A stretch of DNA of 64,000 bases, taken from positions 13,268,001 to 13,332,000 of the forward strand of contig NC_082712.1 in assembly GCF_030144855.1 (NCBI RefSeq), written 5' to 3'. The notes beneath the pieces were generated by a model. It had not been told where the DNA came from. It was given only the letters and a program-made list of their open reading frames with translations, and did no database searches. Positions within the stretch are counted from its first letter, which is position 1. Each line of letters begins with the position of its first letter. This document shows, one piece after another, positions 25,401 through 35,105 of the stretch. Both the position numbers and the translations under genes were made by a program. The stretch is from Hypanus sabinus. Its lineage: Eukaryota.

Positions 25401-28400
25401 GGCAGATGAATGCGTGGCTGAGGAGTTGGTGCAGGGGGCAGGGGTTCAGGTTTCTGGATCATTGGGATCTCTTCTGGGGACGGTCTGACCTGTACAAAAA
25501 GGACGGGCTGCACCTGAACTGGAAAGGGACCAATATCCTGGCGGGCAGGTTTGCTGGAGCTGTTGGGGAGGGTTTAAACTATTTTGGCGGGGGGGTGGGA
25601 ATCAGAATGTGAGTGCAGAGATTAAGGTAGAAGGACAAGGGCATGATGCTATGTGTTCTGAGTTGGTGAGGAAGGACAGGCAGGGGACAAAACATAAATG
25701 TAGCCAGTTAGAGGGGTTGAAATGTGTCTATTTCAATGCTAGGAGTATTAGGAATAAAGGGGATGAACTTCGAGCATGGATCAGTACATGGAACTACGAT
25801 GTTGTGGCCATTACTGAAACTTGGCTGGAGGAAGGACAGGATTGGCTGATGCAGGTACCAGGATTTAGCTGTTTTAAAAGGAACAGAATGGGAGGTAGAA
25901 AGGGGGAGATGAGTAGCATTACTGGTCAGGGATAGTATCACGGCTATAGAAAGGGAGGACGCTGCAGAGGGAATGTCCACTGAGTTGGTCTGGGTGGAAG
26001 TCAGAAATAGGAAGGGATCAATCGCTGTGCTGGGAGTAGTCTATAGGCCCCCAAATAGCCCTCAGGACACCGAGGAGCAGATAAGCAGGCAGATTTTAGA
26101 ATGGTGCAGGAAATACAGGGTTGTAGTTATGGGTGATTTCAACTTCCCACACATTGACTGGCATCTCCTGACTGCAAGGGGGATAAATGGGGCTGAATTT
26201 GTCAGGTGTGTTCAAGAAGGATTCCTGACAGTATGTGGACCGGCCGACGAGAGGAGAGGCCATACTGGATCTAGTTCTGGGTAATGAACCTGGTCAGGTG
26301 ACAGACCTCTTGGTGGGGGAGCATTTGGTGAGAGTGACCACAACTCCCTTAGCTTCAGCATAGCTATGGAAAAGGATAAAAACAGACAAAATGGGAAAGT
26401 GCTTAACTGGGGAAGGGCTAACAATGAAGGGATGAGGCAGGAACTAGTGAGAGTAAATTGGAAACAGATGTTCAAGGGTGAAAACACAGAAGTAATGTGG
26501 GAGAAGTTTAGGGACCACTTGTGCTGTGTTCAGGATAGGTTTGTCCCACTGAGACAAGTTTAAAATGATAGGAAAAGGGAACCATGGCTGACAAAACACG
26601 TGAGGCAACTCATCCAGAGGAAGAAAGAAGCATATGTTAGATATAAGAAGCAGGAAACAGGGGGGGCTCATGAGAAATATAGGATAGCCAGGAAGGTGCT
26701 TAAGAAAGGACTGAGGAGAGCTCTAAGTCTTGGCATGTCGGATTAAGGAGAACCCCAAGGCGTTCTACACGTATGTGAAGAACAGAAGGATGAATAGAAC
26801 AAAGGTGGGGCCACTAAAGGATAAGGAGGGCAATATGTGCTTGGAGGTGCAGGAGGTTGGGGAGGTCCTAAATGAATACTTTGCTTCAGTATTGACAAGT
26901 GAAAAGGACCTTGATCAGGGTGAGATCGAAATAGAGCAGGTCTGTGCACTGGACAATGTGGCGATTAAGGAAGAAATATTGGATCTTCTTAAAAACATCA
27001 AAATTGATAAGTCCCCAGGACTGGATGTGATATACCCCAGGTTGCTGTGGGAGGTGAGAGAAGAAATCACTGGAACAGTAGCTATGATCTTTGAATCCTC
27101 TTTGGCTGCAGGGGAGGTGCCGGAGGATTGGAGAATGGCAAATGTAGCTCCCCTTGTTTAAAAATGTTAATAGGGAGAATCCTGTGAACTAGAGACTGGT
27201 GAGTCTTACGTCGGTGCTCTGAAAACTATTGGAAAGGATTCTTAAGGATAGGATCTGTGAGCATTTGGAGAAGTCCAGTCTGCTCAAGGATAGTCAACAT
27301 GGCTTTGTGAAGGGAAGGTTGTGCCTCACCAGCCTGACTGAGTTTTTTGAAGAGGTAACAAAAGAAATTGATGAGGGTAGGGCAGTAGATGTGGTCTACA
27401 TGGATTTTAGCAAAGCATTTGTCAAGGTCCCCCATGAGAGACTCATCCAGAAAATCATGAGGCGTGGAATCAATGGAACCTTGGCTGTTTGGATAAAAAA
27501 TTGGTTTACAGGAAGAAAGCAGAGGATCGTAGTGGAAGGAAAGTATTCTGCCTGGAGGTCGGTGACTAGTGGAGTGCCACAAGGATCTGTCCTGGGACCC
27601 CTACTCTTTAAGTATAACTGAGAATGCATGTAGTTTGCAGCACAGGTAAACAGTAAACAGCTCAGTGCACTATCTTTGTAGAAAGCAGGGTTCACTGTAG
27701 AATTCCTTCTCAAACACACCAGCTCAGGCTGTAGTACACTTTCAGTACAGTAAGTATTACACTGGAGAGGGTTCACTGTAGAATTCCTTCTCAAACACAC
27801 CAGCTCAGGCTGTAGAACACTTTCAGTACAGTAAGTATTACACTGGAGAGGGTTCACTGTAGAATTCCTTCTCAAACACACCAGCTCAGGCTGCAGAACA
27901 CTTTCAGTACAGTAAGTATTACACTGGAGAGGGTTCACTGTAGAATTCCTTCTCAAACACACCAGCTCAGGCTGTAGAACACTTTCAGGACAGTAAGTAT
28001 TACACTGGAGAGGGCTCAGTGTAGAATTCCTTCTCAAACACACCAGCTCAGGCTGTTGAACACTTTCAGTACAGTAAGTATTACACTGGAGTGGGTTCAC
28101 TGTAGGATTCCCTTTCAAACACACCAGCTCAGGGTGTTGAACACTTTCAGTACGGTAAGTATCACACTGGAGTGGGTTCAGTGTAGATGAAGATACAGAT
28201 GAAGATGAAGATGAAGTACAGATGAAGATCATGTTCATTGTCGTCTGAGTGTACATCTCCACAACAAAATGTAACAGTGTTCCTCTGGATCACGGTGCAC
28301 CCAGAAAACATCTACAGTCTCACATCACACACAGCTCATAATGCAAAATATTCCCTCAGCTGAGTTAATAGGTTAGTGACTAATGCCATTACACAGGACT

Positions 28401-31400
28401 GACTGGTGTTGTTATACTGTATTGATCAGTATTATTACTCTGTATTGATTAGTGTTGTTTCAGTACAGTGACTAGTGTTGTTAAACAATACTGACTGGTG
28501 TTGTTTCATTGTGGTGATTGTGTTGTCACACTGTACTGATTAGTGATATCACACTGTACAGATCAGTGTTGTTACACTGTACTGATTGGTGTTGCTGCAG
28601 TGTATTGATTTGTGCTGTTTCCCTGTAATGGCCAGTGTTACACTGTACTGGTCGTTGTTGTTAGACTGTACTGATTGGTGTTGTTACACTTCACTGATTA
28701 GTGATGGTGTCAATTGGTTCAACAACCGAATGATTGAAGGGAATTAGCTGTTCCTGAACGTGGTGGTGTGAGATTTAGGCTTCTTGATCTCCTGCCCGAT
28801 GGGACTGATTTATGTTCTAAAGAGTTTCCCTAGTTTGAATGGACTTTAATGAGTGAGACACATGTGGGGCCGTTTTCATTCAGGAGGGTGCTGTGGGGAG
28901 TTTTTATTATTTTGTTAGCTGGAAATTTTGTCAGTGTTAAACGTTTTTGCTGAGGGTTAACCGATTTATTCTGGCACCTGTCCTTCCCTCAGCTCCCAAT
29001 GAGAGTGTCTCTGTGATGACTGGAACTGAGGGAGCTTCGGCCACGTTACCCTGTGTGTTCACACGGCCTCGGCAGAGCCTCACCGCACACACGGTGACGT
29101 GGATGAGGAAGGATCCCTACCGAATCATCGTCACATTCAGGCACCATGGAAATGGATCATGGGTAGCGGAAAACAGAGTGACTCGGTACGAGCTCGTCGA
29201 GGACCCAGAGCTGGGAAGCGCCTGGATCAGGATAAAGCAGCTGAGAGTGGAGGACAGTCACAGCTACCTGTGTCTGGCTGAGTTCAGGAACATGAAGCAT
29301 GATTACTCATCCGACAGAGAGCACGTCACACCTCCATTTATACATGTGTTCCAGAGTGAGATCCGGTTGCAGGTCAGACCAGGTAAGAAATCATTGACAC
29401 ATTCTGCAGGGCATGGGGAGGGTTTTGGGGGGGGGGGGTGGGGTGGGGGGTAGCCTGCTACCATTATCCTTCCTCTAATCAACCCCACCCCCGGGTTTAT
29501 CTGTCTGTCCCCGAGTGAGATCTGACTGTAGATCAGACCCGGAAAAGAACCCGTCACCACATTCAAGTTCAAGTTTAATTGTCAATCAGCCACACGTGCG
29601 TACAGCAAAACAAAACAGTGTTCCTCCAGGGACAAGCTGTAAAGCAGAGTAGCAACAGCACACAGTACACATTGTTATGATGGCAGAAAAGCATACAGTC
29701 ACAAAAAGACATAATATTGCCCAAGTTCCTGAGTGGTCTGGATTGGAGCTGGATGGTAGATTGGATATTGTCCTGGTCCAGCTTGTCTCTCACTAAGTGA
29801 ACACTGGGGGGCAGCACTGAGCAAAAGAGGAAGGCAGCACCGATGGGAGGGGCCTGTCCCCAACGCACGACGGACTCCAGCACGTCCACAGAGGCCTCTG
29901 CTCTCTCCCACACCATCTCGGCATCTTCTGCAGTGTTCAGGGATGGGTCAGAACCTCCAGCACCCATTGTATTCTGTGTCCAGACTCCGGGGATGAATGT
30001 TATATCGGCCACTCCCAGCCTCTGCTGGTGATGAGTTTCATTTCCCCACCACAACTCCATCTCAGACGGTCCCTCACACAGGGTGGCCCCCAGACCTTCA
30101 ACGGGCCCCCTGGTGGGGCCTTGCCTGAACTTGGGAGGAATGAGTGGAGTTCTAACGGAGGATCAGGAAGCTTCCCAGAGAAGATGCACACTCAGCGTTT
30201 CAGGAAGAGCTTCTTCCTTTCTGCCGTCGGATTTCTGAATGGACAATCAGAAAAGTGAGGGCCATCTCACTTTTTTCCCTATTTTTCCCTCTTTTTGTGC
30301 TACTTATTTAATTTAAAATTATACATGTAGGTATATATTTCTTATTGAAATTTACAGTTTTTTAATTAATATGTATTGCAATGTATAACAGGGTGTCAGG
30401 GTGAAGATATGTCTTTACCAAAGGAGGTGTAAGACACTCCTTCCCTCCAATAGCCTTCACTTTACCCTTGGGCGAGGTGTAGCCCCTGCTTAGCCCCCGA
30501 TCAGGGTCACGTGAATCCACGGGATCAGGTGGTGGATGGTTGTATGAGCAGCTGGTGCAGATCACAAATTCTGGTTATGTGACCACTGACACCAGGCAGA
30601 CAATCTCTGAAGAGTATTGATAATGGCTGGGATCACCTGTCCTGTACAGACACTGCTCAGAAGAAGGTGATGGAAACCACTTTTGTAGAAAAATTGCCAA
30701 GAACAATCATGGTCATAAACAGGAAAATATCTGCCGTTGCTGGAAATCCAGAGCAACACACACAAGATACTGGAGGAGCTCAGCAGGTCAGGCAGCGTCT
30801 ATGGGGAAAGGATCAAAGGTTCATTTTATTGTCAAAAGTTTGCATGTAGAATACAACTCTGATATTCATCTTCTCCAGATAACCATGATATCCAGATAAA
30901 CCATGGGATTCATTACGTCAATACCCCCACATGAAAAGGAAAAAGAATAATCTCGCAACCTCAACCCCCCACCTCCCTCCCTCGCACAAAAGCCAACAGA
31001 TCACCCACATGGAAGATGATCGTCAGAAGATCGAAAGCCTCAAGCCCCCAACCCCCTCCCTCTCAAAAAATACAGTGCCGACAACACCAAACCCAACACC
31101 CTCTCCCCACACAGATCACCCACACAGAACAGTCAACAGGAACATCAGACACCAATTCCCAACCCCTCCCTCACACAAAAACAATACATCGTCCCTCTAG
31201 AACCCCAACCCACCAATCAGCAACAGGAAAGAAAACAGAAACTGAAGGAGAGCAAAATAAACTACAGCCCAACAGCCACATCAATCTCAGAATTTCAAAC
31301 ATTCCTCCCACCAGAACTGAGTAAACAGTCGATGCTTTGTGCTGAGACTCTGCATCAGAACTCATGAAAGGGCCTGTTCTGCACGGTGTGAGTCCTGATG

Positions 31401-34400
31401 AAGGGGTCAGCCTGAAACATCAGCTGTTTACTCTTCTCCAGAGATGCTGCCTGGCCTGCTGAGTTCCTCCAGCATTTTGTGTGTGTTCATCATGGTTACG
31501 AGACTGTGATTGCCCACATCACACAACACAGCACATACCAATGATGATGATTGCAATGTACTGCTGCACAAAGCACAAGCCGGTGAAATTATCCTAATCC
31601 CGACTGCGGTTCTGCAGAATGTCAGGGGGAGGAGGCAGACAGGACACGATTACAGGGCTCAACCTGTCACATGGATCAATTAGAACATAAGAAGATAAGA
31701 AATAAGAGCAGGATTTGGCCACCCGGCCCATCGAGCCTGTCCCGCCATTCGATAAGATCATGGCTGATCTGTCCGTAAACTCAGCTCCATCTACCTACCT
31801 CTTCCCCAAAACCCTTAATTCCCTTACTATGTAAAAACCTATCTAACTGTTTCTTAAATATATTTAGTGAAGAAACCTCAACTGCTTCCCTGGGCAGAGA
31901 ATTCCACAGATTCACCACTCTCTGGGAAAAACAGTTTCTCCTCATCCCCATCCTAAATCTTCTCCCCGAATGTTGAGGCAATGCCCCCTAGTTCCAGTCT
32001 CACCTACCAAGGGAAACAACTTTCCTGCTTCTATCTTATCTTTCCCTTTCAAAATTTTGTATCTTTCTGTAAGATCCCCCCTTATTCTTCTGAACTCTAC
32101 AGAGTATAGTCCCAGGCGACTGAACCTCCCCTCACAGGTTAACCCCTTCATCAAGACAGAAGCCAGCCCCCCACCATGGATTCTGTCTGCACTTCTCACC
32201 GTCTCTGTGAAGCAGACTGCAAAATCAGAGACCCTCCCATCCACCCTGGACATTCTCCCTTCGGCCCTCTCCCACTGGGCAGAAGGTACAACAGCCTGGA
32301 TGCACGGACCACCAGGCTGAAGGACAGCTTTTATCCTACAGTTATAACTACGGAGTGGTCCCCCAGTATGATAAGATGGACTCTCCACCTCATTATTTAT
32401 TTGTTTATTCATTTAGAGATACAGCACGGAACAGGCCCTTCCGACCCAACGAGCCACACCACCCAGAAACCCACCTATTGAACCCACAACGATTTACAAT
32501 GATCAATTAACCGACGAGCCGGTCCATCCTTAGACTGTGGGAGGAAACCGGAGCACCCGGAGGACACAGCCTCAGGATAGAACAATGTCCCTTTAGAACA
32601 GAGTTGGGGGGAAGTTATTCAGCCAGACGGTGGTGAATCTGAGGAATTTGTTGCCACAGATGACAGTGAAGGTCAAATCTTGGTCTTTAAGTGGAGGTTG
32701 AGAACTTCTTGATTAGAAAGGACATCAAATTTTATGGGAGATGGCAGTAGAATGGAGTTGAGCAGAAAAACAGACAGACAGACGTACTTTATTGATCCCG
32801 AGGGCAATTTTGTTTTGTTATAGCCGCACCAACCAAGAGCAGTGTAGAAATATAGCAATATAAAACCATAAATAATTAAATAATAAGTTAATCATGCCAA
32901 GTGGAAATATGTCCAGGACCAGCCTATTGGCTCAGGGTGTCTGACACTCCGAGGGAGGAGTTGTAAAGTTTGATGGCCACCGGTAGGAATGACTTCCTAT
33001 GACGCTCAGTGTTACATCTCGGTGGAATGAGTCTCTGGCTGAATGTACTCCTGTGCCTAACCAGTACATTATGGAGTGGATGGGAGTCACACACAAGTTA
33101 TCATCTTCAGTAAAAATCTGCTGAATGATAAATTCATCTGCACAGCGACTGATTTTAATCAGTCCACATTATTGGTCTCTCCCCCATTGCCCGAGTCTGG
33201 ATTGACCTCTCTCACTTTCTCTTCAGGGACAGGCGCTTCTGAAACCGTGCTGATGTTGTGTATCCCACTCGGACTGAAAACTCTCGCCCTTTTAGTGATG
33301 GGTGCCGTTCTCTACTGTGACAAACTCAGGTACTGTATGTACTAATGCTGAAGGCTCTTGCCGTGACGTGACTGAAATCCGATTCACTCAGACAGTCGGT
33401 GGACGTTGGGAACTGGCTCAAATACTTGCGGTGGCCCAGTCAGTACTTGTCGTTTGCTGTTTGTGGGAGCACCGTAGAAAATACTCGTTGCATCATAAGA
33501 GTGACTCCTGCAGAAGTGTTTGTAGACTGTTTAGCATTTTGAGATACATTTCGGATTAAACGTACCCGGAAACAAGAGAAAACGTGCAGATGGTGTAACT
33601 TAAAGCGACACACACAAAATGCTGGAGGAACTCAGCAGGCCAGACAGCATCTATGGAAAAAGTACAGTCGACGTTTCGGGCAGAGACCCTTCGGCAGGAC
33701 TAGAGGAAAGGGTTAGACATCTGGCGCCCTTTGTTAGAAAGAATGTGCGCTCTTCCCATGTGCACGTCGGTTTCCCCGGGTGCTCTGGCTTCCTCCCATG
33801 GTCCTGTGATGTTCCAGTTATCAGATTAGTTGTTCATTGAGAACCGTCCTGTGATTAGGCTGGGATTACATCCCTGAGTTTCTGGGTGTCGCAACCTGGT
33901 GGGCCGTTGTATCTGTAAATAACAAAATGATAAATAATAGATTGAGCTTAGAGAAGGCTGACAGGTTGGCATAACGTCGAGGGCTGAAGGGCCTGTACTG
34001 TGCTGGAATGTTCTACATTCTAATTACAAATCTAATGTTGATGTGCACAAAAGGACACTCTGGAACCCAGAAGAAACAATACGGGAAAGTTTCGACTCTT
34101 AGCCATCCCACATGCACTGGGATCAGGTAGTGCAGTCAACCCAGGGTGAATCTGGTCTCTTGGTCTACACAAGACTAGTCCATGAGGCAAAATCCCTCAG
34201 AGATTTAGCTCTTGACTGAATCTCTGCAGCCATCTCCCTCAACAATAATCCAGTTTAAACTGTTAGTGAATCAACTTCAAACATATTGACACTGAAAAGT
34301 ATTCAAATGATTTCCATGTCTCTAATATCATTGATAATCAGGTTCCTCCTTAAATTACAGCCTCGATCTGTTACTGTCCCCAACACGTTTCATTTACTTA

Positions 34401-35105
34401 GCTCCTATGATTTTTGTATCCACTTCCCTCTCTTCCAGATTCATCCTAAGAAATCTGATATTCAAATACCTGTATCCTAGAAATTGAATCACAGACAGGA
34501 TTAAATTCACTCTGCCATTCACAGAGGATTTTCCTTCAGAATGGATATTCCGAGGGATTTCCTGAGCCAGAGGATGCTGAATCTGTGGAATTTACAGCCA
34601 TAAATGCCTGTGGGAATACTTAAAACAGAGATTGATGGGTTCCTGAATAGTAAGGGTGTCAAAGATGACGGGATGAGGACAGGAGAATGGGGTTGTTAGG
34701 GATAATAAATCAACCACGATGGGATAGCAGAGCAGAATAGATGGGCTGAATGCCAAAACTCTGATGCTATTTCATATGCTCTTACGGTCTGAATCTAAGC
34801 TCCATACAAGTTTATCAATATTATCCTATAGCCTAAGACCATCTTCCTGTCAACAACATGACCTATGTTGTTATGTCACCGTAAAGTTTCCAACTGAATC
34901 AATGTTTGGGCTCATCTCCAGTTTTGTTGTCAAACACTGATGCCAACGACAAAATTTATTCTGTGGGAATTCCCAGTCATCTCTCGATCCAAATCCCTTC
35001 AAAGGTTATAAATGAATTGGGGGGAGGGAGTCGGATGTGGTGTCATTGCATGATCTAGATTCGTGTTAACCGTTTCGTTCTGTCCACAGAAAGCGACAAG
35101 ACTGA
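7396..35105 (+). CDS. SIGLEC15-like: Spliced Siglec-15-like/PILR-like activating Ig-superfamily receptor (SP-V-V-TM with Lys-short tail), ~317 aa; join(7396-7456,19507-19890,28993-29382,33227-33329,35090-35105)
   Basis: All junctions are GT-AG and phase-compatible (1,1,1,2). Total 61+384+390+103+16=954 nt, giving 317 aa plus stop. Domain order and motifs match Siglec-15 as remembered (WxM..LPCTFTH, C-x-C pair, YxCRVE, TM G-x-K-x-L). The last exon and the orthology are less certain. Confidence 0.78.
8050..8960. mobile_element. Rex1/Babar-like LINE fragments
   Basis: ORF 8252-8485 [29 protein letters not shown]; 8074-8271 [26 protein letters not shown]. Confidence 0.65.
11280..15300 (+). mobile_element. 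Near-complete degenerate CR1 LINE (SGNH ORF1 end, APE, RT, 3' tail) with an LTR inserted at 12489-13303
   Basis: VVVHIGTND (SGNH); [14 protein letters not shown]; ORF 13810-14289 [17 protein letters not shown]; KFADDTK at ~14410; YCAQFW-like end. Confidence 0.9.
12489..13303 (+). mobile_element. Solo LTR ~815 bp
   Basis: TGTGATG...GTAACA termini, AATAAA near 13215. The CR1 is continuous across it. The TSD is degenerate (GGCAG/AACAG). Confidence 0.65.
17050..18120 (+). mobile_element. Rex1/Babar-like LINE fragments
   Basis: [21 protein letters not shown]; [30 protein letters not shown]. Confidence 0.65.
18160..18730 (-). mobile_element. Penelope-like RT fragment
   Basis: [50 protein letters not shown]. 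Confidence 0.85.
19320..19500. repeat. (CT)n/(CACT)n microsatellite abutting the V1 acceptor
   Basis: Seen directly. It creates the false N-terminal extension of ORF 19269-19922. Confidence 0.9.
19507..19890 (+). CDS. Exon: V-set Ig domain 1, Siglec-15-like, with essential Arg (YWCRVE)
   Basis: Acceptor ctctgtccccag|, donor AGAG|gtgagg, 384 nt, phase 1-1. [26 protein letters not shown]...VIW...VFKC...SGC...[16 protein letters not shown]...[12 protein letters not shown]. Four Cys; Arg codon at 19830-19832. Confidence 0.92.
20604..23936 (-). mobile_element. 5'-truncated AT-rich L1/Tx1-like LINE with 14 bp TSD AGAGAGATTACCTC
   Basis: ORF2 pieces 21906-23807 ([43 protein letters not shown]) and 20975-21781 (CDRC..HMFWSC). 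One frameshift near 21940. TSD at 20590-20603 and 23937-23950. Confidence 0.93.
23951..24420 (-). mobile_element. CR1 RT 3' fragment (host of the L1 insertion)
   Basis: ORF 23819-24172 [23 protein letters not shown]. Confidence 0.75.
24670..25345 (+). mobile_element. CR1 3' end
   Basis: [31 protein letters not shown]; [14 protein letters not shown]; CR1 tail cctactcctgcacctattgtctattg. Confidence 0.88.
25350..27612 (+). mobile_element. CR1 LINE (ORF1 end, APE, RT up to GSVLGPLLF), 3' part replaced by a tandem-repeat block
   Basis: DGLHLNWKG; [10 protein letters not shown]; YRPPNS..GDFNFP; [15 protein letters not shown]; [16 protein letters not shown], then homology stops abruptly. Confidence 0.9.
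27688..28187. repeat. 81 bp minisatellite, ~6 copies
   Basis: Unit gggttcactgtagaattccttctcaaacacaccagctcaggctgtagaacactttcagtacagtaagtattacactggaga, starting at 27688, 27769, 27850, 27931, 28012, 28093 and 28174 (partial). Confidence 0.95.
28395..28700. repeat. Degenerate ~23 bp tandem repeat (actgtactgattggtgttgttac-like)
   Basis: Recurrent actgtactgatt(g/a)gtgttgtt motif. Confidence 0.75.
28993..29382 (+). CDS. Exon: V-set Ig domain 2 (no Siglec Arg; YLCLAEF)
   Basis: Acceptor tccttccctcag|, donor CCAG|gtaaga, 390 nt, phase 1-1. [15 protein letters not shown]...VTW...RYELV...[16 protein letters not shown] shows the canonical B-strand Cys, C-strand Trp and D-x-x-x-Y-x-C. Confidence 0.88.
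30390..30720 (+). mobile_element. RTE/BovB-like LINE 3' region (continues at ~31490-31550 after other insertions)
   Basis: gaagaaggtgatggaaaccacttttgtagaaaaattgccaagaacaatcatggtcat resembles the RTE/Bov-A end; (TGA)n tail near 31545. Confidence 0.5.
31680..32150 (-). mobile_element. CR1 3' end
   Basis: [27 protein letters not shown]; [12 protein letters not shown]. Confidence 0.8.
33227..33329 (+). CDS. Exon: transmembrane segment with central lysine ([35 protein letters not shown])
   Basis: Acceptor ctcactttctcttcag|, phase 1 start, ~22 aa hydrophobic stretch with one Lys, donor CAG|gtactg (phase 2). Read-through would give RYCMY-stop at 33345. Confidence 0.85.
35090..35105 (+). CDS. Putative terminal cytoplasmic exon (R-KRQD-stop in phase 2); the exon probably extends further
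   Basis: Acceptor ttcgttctgtccacag|, conserved in the duplicate at 50177. The reading frame is ambiguous (see findings). Confidence 0.5.

Noticed and set aside
27688-28187. Possible CRISPR-like array
   Set aside because: Units are contiguous tandem repeats with no unique spacers, the context is eukaryotic, and there are no cas genes.
27396-28262. 288 aa minus-strand ORF with Cys/Gln-rich 27 aa repeats
   Set aside because: It is open because the 81 bp unit is a stop-free multiple of three, and it runs on into antisense CR1. No domain or splice context supports a protein.
29843-30258. Ser/Thr/Pro-rich ORFs after V2 as a possible mucin stalk exon
   Set aside because: The sequence reads as a LINE-derived fragment and lacks convincing splice sites. 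V2 joins the TM exon in frame without it.
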